From: Heterodontus francisci
Taxonomy: Eukaryota
Assembly (NCBI RefSeq): GCF_036365525.1
Contig: NC_090404.1
Location: 32,044,236-32,108,235, forward strand
Reading direction: 5' to 3'
DNA: 64,000 nt
In this document: piece after piece, positions 37,830 through 50,695 of the stretch
Position numbering within the stretch: the stretch's first letter is position 1
How the letters are laid out: each line of letters starts with the position of its first letter
Position numbers and translations under genes: made by a program
The notes under the pieces: model-generated
The model's database searches: none
The model's input: the letters and a program-made list of their open reading frames with translations, nothing else
Told to the model about the DNA's origin: nothing

Positions 37830-39245
37830 AGAATTGGCTCAGGGACAGGAAACAAAGGGTAGTAGTCAACCGATATTTTGTGAGTGGAAATTTGTTTCCA
37901 GTGGCGTTCCACAGGCCTCAGTGTTGGGCCCCTTGCTGTTAGTGGTAAGTATTAATGATTTGGACGTAAATGTGAGAGGCATGATTGGGAAAGATGCTGG
38001 TGACACAAAAAATGGCCGTATATTTTATTTTTTTAGAGATACAGCACTGAAACAAGACTTTCGGCCCATCAAGTCAGTGCCAATCATCAACCACCCATTT
38101 ATACTAACCCTACATTAATCCCATTTTTCCTACCACACCCCCACCTTCCCTCAAATCCCCTACCTATACTAGGAGCAATTTATAATGGCCAATTTACCAA
38201 TCAATCTGCAAGTTTTTGGCTGTGGGAGGAAACCCGAACACCGGACGAAAACCCACGCGGTCATAGGGAGAACTTGCAAACTCCGCACAGGCAGTATCCA
38301 GAATCGAATCCGGGTCACTGGAGTTGTGAGGCTGTGGTGCTAACCAATGCACCACTGTGCCACTAATTGATAGAGAAGAGGATAGCCATAGACTCCAGAA
38401 AGATTCCAATGATTTGATTCAGTGGGCAGAAAAGTGGCAAATGAAAGTCATAAGTGTGAGGTAATGCATTTGACGAGGGCAAATAAAGCGAGTGAATACA
38501 CAAAAACGGGACCATATTGAGAGGGGTAGAAGAAGTGAGAGAACTTGCACTGAATGCTCACATTTCCCTGAAGGTGGCAGAACAGGTAGATGGATTGGTG
38601 AAAAAGGCATATGGAATTTTTTGGTCGAGGCATAGAATTGAAAAGCAGGGATGTAATGCTGGAACTGTATAAAATGCTGGTTCTGCCACAGTTGTAGTAT
38701 TGCATACAGTTCTGGTCACCATACCACAGAAAGGACATCCTTGCTCTGAAGAGAGTGCAAAGGAGATTTACAAGAAAGTTGCAAGGGCTTGAAAGTTGCA
38801 GCTATGAGGAAAGATTGAATAGGCGAGTGTTGTTTTCCTCATAACAGAGGACGCTGAGGGGTGACTTAACAGAGATGCACAAAATTAAGAGGGGCCTAGA
38901 TAGAGTAGACAGGAAGGACCTGTTTCCTCTGCTGGGGTGGTCAGTTACGAGGGGGCACAGATTTAAGACGATTAGTTGAAGGATTAGAGGGGGGATGAGG
39001 AATCACCTTTTCACTCAGAGGGTGGTAAGCGTCTGGAATTCACTGCAGGAAAGTGGTGGAGGTAGAAACTCTGAATTCTTTAAAAATGCTTCTGGACATG
39101 CAACTGAAGTGCTGTAACCGACAAGGCTATGGACTAGGTGCTGGAAGGTGGGATTAGATTGGGCAGATAGTTTTTCCAGCCGACACAGACACAACGGGCT
39201 GAATGGCCTACTACTGCGCCATAAGTTTTCTATGGTTCTATGGTT
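37830..39245 (+). mobile_element. CR1 LINE 3' fragment with nested SINE
   Basis: SGVPQASVLGP motif; 3' tail (TTCTATGG)n. Confidence 0.85.
38027..38362 (-). mobile_element. HE1-like SINE
   Basis: Reverse complement of the SINE at 28561. Confidence 0.9.
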
Positions 39246-39249
39246 TCTG

Positions 39250-39857
39250 TTGCTTCCTGTGTTTTACGAAATCCGGAAATTTGAAGAAACCTTCTACTGT
39301 TATACTACTGCTGTAAGACCTAAGAAGGCCTGTTGCTACAACCATGAAGGAAGATCCTATGTGACGTCTTCTACTGTTGAAGTTCTTTGAATGATTATCT
39401 ATTGCAGACTATTCATCGATCTCGCCTGGAAAGACTTCAAGTGGCATCCAACTATTGACACCTCGCCTAACCAAAGATCTTCCTTCCAGAACATGACAGT
39501 GTTAGTTATTTCATCATTCCTTTAATTGCTATGAAACAGCTGTAAACCAAAATTATTTTTCCTTATTAACCAGTGTTTGGATGTATGTGTGTATGTGTGT
39601 GTGTGTGTGTTTGGGATAGGGAAAATAAGGAGCTCTAATACCTCTGTCGTATATAAATGCACTTCATTATTGGTTAAGACTTAGGGTCATAATAAGTAGT
39701 TAATAGTTACAGAAACATGGTTGATGTGATTTATTCTGGAGACAAATAGAGTACGTGTTTACCTGTTTCGACAAATGGGAAAAAATATTTATATGCTGCG
39801 ACCCGTTCAGAAGTGGGACTGAATTCACAGTGCAATCCTCCCACCTTGGTCGTAACA
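39250..39857 (+). mobile_element. Partial LTR ending in CGTAACA
   Basis: Its 3' end resembles the reverse complement of the start of the 22510/33005 LTRs; internal (TG)n tract. Confidence 0.55.
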
Positions 39858-41149
39858 ACACCGAGCAGTTCGTATTTTTTTTTTACGCAGCGAGTGTTTA
39901 TGAAGAGGAAGACTTATGAAGTGATGAATTCAATAGTAGTATTCAACAGATAATTGGGTAAATATTTGAAGGACAAACTGAATTGCAGGGTGTGGGGAAC
40001 GAGTGGGGAGTGGGGCTTAATGTATTACTCTTATAAAGAGCCAGCATGTGCTTGATGGCCGAAAGACTTCTTTCTGTACTGTGCTTTTCTATAATTCCAT
40101 GCGTCAATGGCATTTCATGACCTATGAACAATCATAAGTGGACGCGCATATTTCAGAAAGCTAAAGCAAATTCACCATTCAGTGTTCAGATACCAATGAC
40201 AACTTCATCACCTGCTACCAGCAGACTGCAGCAAGTCCCACTACATGAGCAGAGACCCGGAATCATCACATAGAATCATCACTATGAAAGGAGGAAACTG
40301 CTCCAACAGGACTGGTAACTTGTCAAAAACTATTACACTTTTAATGTGTGGACTTTTCCCAGAACTGTATGGCAAGATAATTTGTGAATGTATCATTTCT
40401 TCAAAGAAAGTGAGTGCTAATGCTCTTAGTGCGATGCTTTGTATTAGTGTCAATTGTCAATTTACTTTAGTTTTATAATATACATCACTTTCTAACTCGA
40501 TATATATTTATTGTGAAAACTGAGATGCTTGTAAATGTATATTGCGTGTTTCAGTGTGTTAGTTATGAATACATCTGTGTGCATCTTTGTGTTATTTCTC
40601 CATGTATTTGTGTATATAAATGCATTTATCTGTAACTGAAGAGTAAGAGAGAAATAAATAGGCAGAAATTGATTTCTGAATTAAGACAAAATCAGCTGAG
40701 AAAATGAGCAAAGAATACAGATACAAGTAAATAAATTAGTAAGCAGAAGAATCACGAAATGTATTTACATCTGTCACAAGAAGTCAAAATCATATCTAAA
40801 TTAAGAGGGATAAGTTCAATTGTATTTACAATGATCATAGCACTTGAAAACACTGATGCTTAGTTGTCCAGTGGTCAGGATTCATTGCACATAATTGTTT
40901 TCATCACTATTAATAAACCAACAGAATTCTGTTCCACACTGAAGAAAATGTTTGCCAAGTCACCAAGGACCTTTTGTCTGTCGTGTGAATCTAATAATCT
41001 CTATACTACATAAACATCTAACGTTTTGGCCTCATGTCAGAAACGGTGTTAAGGAAGATAGTGAAACGTTGAATCCTCTGCACTTGAACAAACATTTCAC
41101 CATTTCGAACCACATAAGTCACACGGGAGAGGTTCCATTGCAAAGTCAA

Positions 41150-42135
41150 ATGGAGTGTCACAAGGTTCTGTCCTAGGGCCTCAATTATTTACTATCTATA
41201 TTAATGAATTGGAAGAGGGGGAGAGTGTAATATATCCAAATTTTCTGACGATACAAAAATAGGTGGGAGGGCATGTTGTGATGAGGACATAAGGAATCTG
41301 CAAGGGAATATAGATATGTTGAGAGAGTGGGCAAAAAATTGGCAGATGGAGTTTAATGTAGGAAATTGTGAGCTCATGCACTTTGGCAGGAAATGGAGAC
41401 AAACTCCCAAAAAAAGTGCAGCATAGAGCGATCTGGGTGTTTTTGTGCACGAAACACAAAAAGTTAGCATACAGGTGTGGCAAATAATTATGAAGGCAAA
41501 TGGAATTTTGGCCTTTATTGCCAGGGGGTTGGAGTTTAAAAATAGGACAGTCTTGTTACAACTGTACAGGGTGTTGGTGAGGCCACACCTGGAATACTGT
41601 GTACAGTTTTGGTCCCTGTATTTAAGAAAGGATATACTGGCATTGGAGGCAGTTCAACAGATTCCTGGGATGAAGGAGTTGACTTAACAAGAACAGCTAA
41701 ACAGGTTCGGCCTTTATTCATTAGAGTTTAGAAGAATGAGGGGTAATTTTATTTATATGCACAGGATTCTGAGGGGACTTGACAGGGTAGATGTTGAGAA
41801 GATGTTTTCACTAGTCGGGGAATCTCAAACTAAGGGACTTAGTTACAGATTAAGGGAACGCTCATTTAAAACTGAGATGCGAAGGAATTCCTTCTCACCG
41901 AGGGTATTGAATGTCTAGAATTCTCTACCCAAGAGAGTTGTGGAGCCGAGATCACTGAAAGTATTTAAAGAGGAGGTAGATAAATATTTGAAATATCGGG
42001 AGTAGAGGGCTACGAGGTGGTGGCAAGAAAGAGGAGTTAAGGTCTGAGGCAGATCAGCCATGATCTTATTGAATGGGGGGAAGGCTTGAGGGGCCGAATG
42101 GTCTGCTCTTGCTCCTATTTCTTATGTTCTTATAT
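41150..42135 (+). mobile_element. CR1 LINE 3' fragment
   Basis: QGSVLGPQLF, FSDDTK and RPHLEYCVQFW motifs. Confidence 0.9.
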
Positions 42136-42437
42136 ATTAAACCCCAAAAGGAGCTTGCTAATTTCCTGCCCTGAATATTCGGAATCTGATCAAGCTCGAG
42201 AGGATCCATTTGGATGGAAACCAGTCACACTCTGCCTTTGGAAAAAGCGATTCTAATTCTGTGACTGCGGCGAATTTTGTTTGGACAATGGGATTAGAAT
42301 CATTGAAATCACATAGTCACAAACTCACGTTCCCAGGGTGAAATATACATGGACAAATTCAACATGTTTCAGCTCTGACAAACGACGCTCAGGGATGCTC
42401 AGGAGGTAAACCTGATTGGTAGTCATAACCAGAAAAC

Positions 42438-43210
42438 TGCACAGCTGTACAGGGATACTCATGAACTAGCACATTGGGCAGGGATACTTTGGGATAACAC
42501 ATCTGGGCAGTGATACCTAGGGTCACTCACAGCTGGACATGGAAACTCATGGTCCTGTACTGCTGGACAGGGACTCCGGGGCTCTATTACATCTGGACAG
42601 GGATAACGGATATTTAGCACAGCTGGACAGTGACATCCAGGTCTATCACATCTGGACAGGGATAGCAAGGGTTTAGCACAGCTGGACAATCATACACAGA
42701 CTCTATCACTGCTGGACAGGGATACCGGGGTTGATAACAGCTGGACAATCATACCCATGGTCTGATTACGGCTGTACAGGGATATCCATGGTCTAGCACA
42801 GCTAGACAGGGAGTCCAAGTGTCTATCACAACTGAACAGCGATATTCAAGGTTTAGCACAGCTGGGCAGTGATACCCAGGATCTATTATAACTGGAAATT
42901 TTTACCCAGGGTCTATCACAGCTGAACATGGATACCCAGGGGCTAGCACTGTTGGACAGGAATATTCAGGGTATATCACTGATGCACAGGGTACCTATGG
43001 TCTATCACAGCTGGAAAGGGATTCCCGGGGTTTATCAAAGCTGAAAAGGGATACCCAGGGTCTATCACAGCTGGAAAGGGATGCACAATGTCGATCACAT
43101 CTGGACAGGGATACCAAGGGTCTATCACAGCTGGTCAGGCCTACCCAGGTCTAGCACAGCTTGAAATGGATACCCAGGCATATGACAGTTGGACAAGGAT
43201 ACCCAGGAGC
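42438..43210. repeat. 30-bp minisatellite (CACAGCTGGACAGGGATACCCAGGGTCTAT), about 25 diverged copies
   Basis: Regular 30-bp phasing of CAGCTGGACAG. Confidence 0.9.
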
Positions 43211-43439
43211 ACTGATTTTACAACAACAAAAAATAATTTAGTTGATACAGGTAAAACATCCTACAAATTGTCTGAACTGTTTAGAATTGTTTACCTAATA
43301 CCAATAACCTCATATTAAACGTGGCTTCACAAGGTGTGATGGCAGAATCAATTTCCATCAGTTTCTTTGAACATCAGAATTTAATATATTTTTTCATGGT
43401 TTGGCTGTATGTACATGTTTCGTTTACTTTTTTCTGATT

Positions 43440-45264
43440 TTATTTGAAATGAATGTCCATGAAACTATTTGTGTGGGAACGTTCTGGGTAACAACAGAGC
43501 TGGCAAAGTTTGGGGAATATTTTCTTGTTGCCAAAACACGCCATGCAGAAGAGTGTGGCAATTAATGTAGAAGGGAGCAAAAGCATAGAAAGACTTCACA
43601 CCTTGATGGTTTCAAACCACCAACGTTTTCATTAGCATTCAAACACGGAAATCAATTGTGCCATAGAGATGAGCAAAGTAAGGAATTACAAGGCACCCTA
43701 AACCAGGCTATCAACGAGTTAAAGCTTCCAATTGCTGTGACCAGAATGGCAATTGTCCTCTGTCAGTTTTACTTTTCCAAATTAAATGGTTCAAAATAAA
43801 GACATTCATTGCGGATATATGGAAACAGTCTGATCCCGCCCAATGCAGGCACATCCATGCCACCATGAACCAACTCTCCTACAACTGGGGCCGTCTCCCT
43901 TCGAACCTCTCAGTGCCTTTGTTGTTAACAAGGATTCTAATTGCCCCGACGCTGAGAATATGCTTTAATTCCTGTTGTGTAGTATCGAGAATCCTTTCAA
44001 TGGCTCTGATCAGGGAATTTTACTGATAACATCAGAGTAAAGATTGTATTATTATTTGTTCGTGGGATATGGGCATCGTTGGCTAGGCCAACATCTATTG
44101 CCCACTCCTAATTTTCCTTGAACTGAGTGGCTTGTGAGACCATTTCAGATGTCGTTTAAGAGTCAACCACATGACTGTGGCTTTGGAGTCACATGTAGGC
44201 CAGACCAGTTCAGGACGGCAGATTTACTTCCCTAAAGGACATTAGTGAGCCATTTGGGTTTGTAAAGCAATCGGCAATTCGTCGCCATTAGACTACTTTT
44301 CAATTCCAGATTTTTACTAATTGAATTCAGATTTCAACATCTGCCATGGTGGGATTCGAACACTGGTCCCCAGAGAATTAGCCTGGGCCTCAGGAGTATT
44401 GTTCTAGTGATATTACTACTACGCCACCACATCTCCCGCATCAAAGGTTCTAGCATCATAAAGAAGGTAAATATGCCTTGACTGTGTCTGATCCGTTGGG
44501 TAGTTCATCCTTCATTCTCCTCCGATTCAATTTCCCAACATGTTTCTAACGATTCACAAATCTGGAGAACGGGGTTTCTTTTTTATTTGCTTTCCATTTT
44601 AAGCACTCCCAGCTGGTAATATTTTCCAAAAACGTATCACAATCCTCTGCCTTGCAAACTGTCCAGGGAGTAGGGCATTCAGTTTGTGGAGAGATGATAG
44701 AATCTGGTATTGTTCTCTTTGGAGCAAAGATGGTTGTTACAGCCAGGTGGGAAATGGGCGTAGCTTGTTCCCATTGGTCTCCTCCCAACTGAACACATCA
44801 AGTGTTTCTGTTACTCGCGTTTTAATCCCTTATATTTTATTTGTGAAATAAACAGACAGTGACACTTTTTCTTGCATGTTGAAAACAGAAGATTAATCAT
44901 TTGTTGAACGATATTCATTCCCAAAATGGTTGGAATGCACCCACACACGCAGTCACACACACACACACACACAAGCAAGAATAGATAGGTAGGAAACGCT
45001 TAAGTGATTTGCAGTGTCATAGGTGTTCGGGTTTCATTGTAAACCTGTTGAATCTTCTCAGAGGACAGTTTCTCTTGTAAAGTTGCAGACCTGGGTCTTC
45101 GTAGTTTTCTGGCGGTTAAGACTTCAGACAGGAGAAGATGGTCACTTTCAGTTGTCTGCTGCACCAGGCTGAAGTGTAGAATTCGCAGCAGGGTTCCTTC
45201 CTTGGCTTTTACTGGGATTCTTTTCACAGCCCTTGTTGGTCTTCCTTTTCGTGATTTTTTGTGA

Positions 45265-45295
<31 letters not shown>

Positions 45296-48118
45296 CTCTC
45301 GCTCTCGCTTACTCTCTCTCTCACAAACGCACACTTCCTCTCTCTCCAGAGAGCTACTGTTTAAGGTAGAAAATCTCTCATATTAGCCTTTCGAGGAGAC
45401 TCATGGCCCCGTTCCTAAGGTGACCATGCTCGTATATTCGTATGAACACACAATGCCCAGCATGTGGCTACTTCATACCTTTTTTGTTTCAGAAGAACAC
45501 ATTCAATTGTGAAATGTCTCTTGATGGTTTCTGCACGGGTGTAATTAACACGTTCTAGCAGAAAATATATGCTTTTGTCCTAAACAGATAGTGAGACAGT
45601 TTGAATATAAAGGCAAAGTCTTTTGACCTTCGGAAACCATTTTGCAGCATGTTGTACACTTTTTAAAAACAAAGCGTCATTTTTTAAATAACTGTTCAGC
45701 TTGGTTCTCGTGAGCATGACAAGGTTCACTGGGGATTTACTAGAGATGTTCAAACTTATGGGATGTGTTTTGGGGGTGGGAGGTGGCTTGATGGAGCAGA
45801 TGGAGAGAAACTGTTCTAACTTATGCAAGAGTCGGTCATCAGGAAACACAGACTTAAGATGTTAAAATAAAGCCGCAGTGGGGGAGATAAACTGAGGAGT
45901 TTTTTTTGAGCACCAAGTTATTGCGTTCTGGAATGAACTGCTGGAAAGACTAGTGAAAGCAGATTCAACAGTAACTTTTAAAAGTGAAGTGCAAAAGAAA
46001 AACATTGAAGGGCAATGGGGAAAGAGCAGCCAAGTGAAATTAATTGGATAGCTCTTTCAAAGAGCTGGTAAAGACAGGACGAGCGGAATGGCCTCCATCT
46101 ATGCTGCACAGGTTTATAATCTATGTCCCAGCTTTGACAGCAGCACCTACGCAGGAAGCTTTTCCACACCTCTCCAATGATCTTGCCCTCATCCTTTGGG
46201 ACACTCACGCAGTCCAGGACGCTGGAAGTGCAACTAGAAAAAAAAATCCATTCTCGAGCTCAATGGGAATTTCGGCAATAATCGAGACATTGAAGCAGAA
46301 TTTGAATGAAGTCGAACACAGTCTAAAACGTATCTAACAAGGAGAGAAAAGAAAGATGAGATAAGGGAACCAAGATGGATAAATGGAGTTATGACACAGA
46401 TCACCCAGGTTTTAATTGAATGGTGAAACAGGCTCTGGGAGCTGAATGATCTACTCGTATGTTTCGACTCACAGCAACGACTTGCAATTATTTAGCGTCT
46501 TTAACCTGGATAAATGTCCCAAGGCGCTTCACAGAAGAACTTTTGGGCTAAGTATGACACCGAAAATGTAAAAAGATAATAACGTAGATGACCAGGTTTT
46601 AAGAAGCGTCTTAAAGGAGGAAGTAGGTAGAGAGCGGAAGAGGTTTAGGCAGCCACGGCTTGTGGTGCTATTTCACCGCACTGTTCATTGTCTACCGTGC
46701 TCCGTCCTGTCATTGGCTGAACAAGTGTTTTATGTTTTATCGAAACAAGCTATTTTGTACGGGAATTTTATCTGTTGTGGAAGTGGCATGAAGTGAAGGA
46801 ACAGGAAAAGCAACGTGGTTCAGTGAATTTTTCTCTCAACTGTGGGTAGGATTACTGCTGTTTTTGTGGTTATGATTTGTCTGTCCACTATCGCAGCCCA
46901 GGTCTGATTGGTTGTCAATGAATGTAGCGCTTTTATTGAATGAAAGCAGAAAATGCACAACAGATCTAGAGCATCTGTGGAGTGAGAAACAAAAAAAAAG
47001 CTCTACTTTAATAATCACAGCTGGAAAAGTTATACATGCAACAGGTCGAAAACAATTACAAAGGCGGAGGTGGGGAGTGAAAGATAAAAAAAAACGAAGT
47101 GCTGTTAGAGGTTACAAAGCATGAGGGATAAAATCAGCAGGTCCGGCAGCATCCGTGGAGAGAGGAGCAGAGTTAACGTTTCAGGTTAATGAACTTTCAT
47201 CAGAACTGGAAAAGGTTAGAAATGTTAGGTTATTATGAACTCCTCGATAAAATCTCCACGAAATCTTCTTTGCTCTAAAGAGACATTCCGCTCTAGCCTC
47301 TCCACGCACTGAATTTCCTTCTCCTTGGTCATGATGCAAGGTGGAAGATTGTGACGAGGTTGTGCTAAATATTGGCAATTGGTAGCGGGAATAATGGGAA
47401 GAAAACAAAAACAAACGGATACCTAGTCACCATCTTTGTGAATCTTTAGATACGCTTTGGGAAATTGAATCAAAGGATAATGAAGGGCGAACGGCTTGAT
47501 TGACCAATGGCAGTCAAGGCACCTTTCCCTACTTTAAGATGCTGGAACATTTACTCCAATGATATCGGTAAAATAATTGTTCTGAGCCGTTGAAAGGATT
47601 ATCTTTACTGCATATCAGGAATTAAAACCGTTGATCGGCTTTGGGACAATCAGAATACTTGGCAACAGATAAGGCCCGAAAGGCTCAAAGTGCCCGTTTC
47701 TAGGCTTCACAGTGACATGGATGTGTCTGCAGTGACCAGGACTGTTTTCATGTATCCAATTGAATGGCCCACCCTGTATTTTGGAAACAATAAAACTGAT
47801 AGAGGGCAATTTCTATTTTATTGCAACAATATGAACCTTTCTCTCGCTGGTCCAGGGCATCTTGCAGTGTTCATGTGCATGAGTCATTTTTGCTCAATTG
47901 GTTAACATGTTAGGCCATTACCTGAAAGGTTGGTGGTTTGAGGCCATACAGCGATGAAGCCTTTCACTATTTTTTCCCCTTCAGCATTCATTGCCACACA
48001 GTTCCAAATATTCCACATGTGATTTGGCTGTAAGAAAATGTTTCCCAAAATTTGCCAACTCTGCTGTTATTCATTAAGTCCCCACCCAAATAATTTCTTG
48101 AAAATTCTTTTAAAATAT
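43440..48118. repeat. Ancient long inverted repeat: left arm 43440-44732 (insertion ~44050-44440), right arm 47265-48118
   Basis: 43489-43526 matches the reverse complement of 48032-48069 at 33/38, with collinear matches along ~850 bp. Confidence 0.85.
44809..45598 (-). mobile_element. Probable solo LTR
   Basis: TGTTAC...GAGACA termini, flanks GTTTC / GTTTG, internal (CA)n and (CT)n tracts. Confidence 0.55.
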
Positions 48119-49664
48119 GATGTGGATAATCTGCGGTTGTGATGAAAATAAACCCTGTGTCGAATTCAGGAATGAAGATTCACAGTTCCCTGGAGAAACT
48201 GAAGTTGCCATCCTTAGAACAAAGAAGGATAAAAAAAAATTGTGATAGATATGTTTAAAGTCTTGGAAGGTTTAGATACAGTCATTAAAGAGGAACTGTT
48301 TCCAATGGCTGAAGGGTCGATAAACAGAGGCAATAAGCTTAAAAAATGTTTTATGCAATGAGCGGTTAGGATTTGTAAAGCAATGCCTGACAGTGGGGAG
48401 GAAACCGGTTCAATCATAGCCTTCAAATGAAAATGCTTGAAGGAGGCAAGTCTACATGAATATGGGGAACGAGTGAGTAAGGGGGACTGACTGCAAGATC
48501 GACGTAGACACGATGAACAAATGAACTCCTTCTGTTTTGCTTTTCTCTATGCTTTCATAATTCTATGAATTTTAGCGACATGTGAACGATAGATGAGTAT
48601 ATTTCATGAAGCTGCAGCAAATTCACCATTCAGCTGCCAGCGAAAATTTCGGGTCCACTTTCATCACCTGTTGCATTTTTAACCCTACTGTTGCTGCCTT
48701 TACCATCAATCTACCGTCTCATAGCCTATTGCGGTGAAATAAATGTTCTTTCTTGGTGCTTTGAACCTTTGACGTCATGACGTGGTACAACTTCAGCCAG
48801 AATTTCTCTTGTCATTTCTATCACAGGATTTGGAACTAGACCTGTTGAATGACATTTCAAGGTACCAACCTTTACCTGCAGCTCTCAATGTCAGAAGAAT
48901 CACTTTTATCATCAATCTGTTATGTACCTTCTTGCTCTGCATCGGTTTAATGGCATTAAATTATCATAGCTTTGCTTTTTTATTGCATTGAACGCTGCTG
49001 CACGGATTGTCACAATTAACATGAGTCCCTTGCTGAAAGAAAGCAGAAAATGCTCAGCAGGTCTGGCAACATCTGCGAAATGAGAAGCATAGTTAATGTT
49101 ATAGGGTGTTGACCTTTCAGAGATGCAACAAGTCGTAAACAATTGCAGAGGTGGATGTAGGAGACTGAACAAAAATGAAGGGATGTGATAGGTTGCAAGG
49201 TAGGTGGGATAAACTGACAAAAGGGATGAAGGTGCAATGCAAAATGTGAGTGGTAAAGGGACAGTTTTTTCTCCCTGCTGTTCAAACTGGCACAAGAATC
49301 ACTTCTGATCAACTAATCATAACTGTACTTTCAACGAAGCCCAAAAATTCTAATGGCCTCCACTGGGCTGTACGTTTCGATAATTGTATGCTTCTCAATG
49401 CAGTTGCTACTATGTCACAGTCATTCTACCATCTTACAACCCATTATATCGAAATGCACTTTCTTGCCTTGCGTCCAGCTGTTTTGAAGTTAATGCACTG
49501 AGCAAGTACAGCGAGGAGTTTTCTTGTCATTTCTATAGCGAGATTTGGAATCTGACTTGTTGAATGACAGTTTAACTAGTGTCAACGATCAAATGTTGAT
49601 CCTTGTGGCGTCAAAACAGTCACTGTTATCATCACCCTGTTATATATCTTCTTGAATGGCATCT

Positions 49665-50695
49665 TTCTTATTCGTTCATGGGATGTCGGCATCTCTGGCT
49701 TGGCTAGAATGTATTGCCCATCCCTAGTTGCCCTCGAGAAGGTAGTGGTGACCGACTTCTTGAACCACTGCAGTCCATGGGGGTACACCCACAGTGATGT
49801 TAGGAAGGGAGTTCTAGGTTTTTGACCCAGCGACAGTGAACAAATGGCGATACATTTCCGAGTCAGGATGGTGACTTGGAGGGAAACTTACGGGTGCTGG
49901 TTTTCACATGCGTCTGCCGTTCTTGTTCTTCTAGATGGTGGAGGTCGCGGATTTGGAAGGTGCTGCAGAAAAGACACTTGGTTACTTGCTGCAGTACGTC
50001 TTGCAAATGGTACTGTGCGCTGGTGATGCAGAAAATGAACGCATAAGGCGGTGGATGGGGTGCCGATCAACCAGGCTGTTTTATCCTGTATGGCGTCGAG
50101 TTTCCTGAATGTTGTTGGAGCTGCACTCATCTATGTAAGTGGAGAGTAGTCGCAATCCTGACTTGTGTCTTGAAGATGGCAGACAGGCTTGGAGAGTCAG
50201 GAAGTGAATTACTTGCTACAGAATTCCCAGCCTCTGGCCTGCTGTTGTAACCACGGTACATATATGACTGGTCCATTTAAATTTCCGGTCCGGATGTTGA
50301 TGGTGGGGAATTCAACGATGGGAATGCCAATGAACGTCAAAAGAAGATGGTTAGATTCTTTCTTGTTGGAGATAGTCATCGCTTGGTACTTGTGTGGCAC
50401 GAATGTTACTGGCCATTTATCAGCCCAAGCTTGCATGTTGTCCAGGTCTTGCTGCGTATGGACATGGGCTGCTTCAGTATCTGAGGAGTTATGAATGGTG
50501 CTGAACATTGTGCAATCATCGACGAACATCCCCACTTCTGAGTTTATGTAGAAGGATGGTCATTGATGAAGCAGCAGAAGATGGTTGGGCCGAGGGCACA
50601 ACCTTTAGGAAGTCTTGCAGTGATGTCCTGGAGCTCAGATTATTGACCTCCAATAAACACATTCATCTTCTTTTGTGCTAGGTATGACACCAACA
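49665..50695 (-). mobile_element. LINE 3' fragment, same family as 29815
   Basis: MFVDDCT..QQDLDNMQAWADKW in ORF 50209-50535. Confidence 0.85.

Noticed and set aside
42438-43210. CRISPR-like or repeat-protein-coding array
   Set aside because: Contiguous 30-bp units without unique spacers, no cas genes, vertebrate context, and broken frames.
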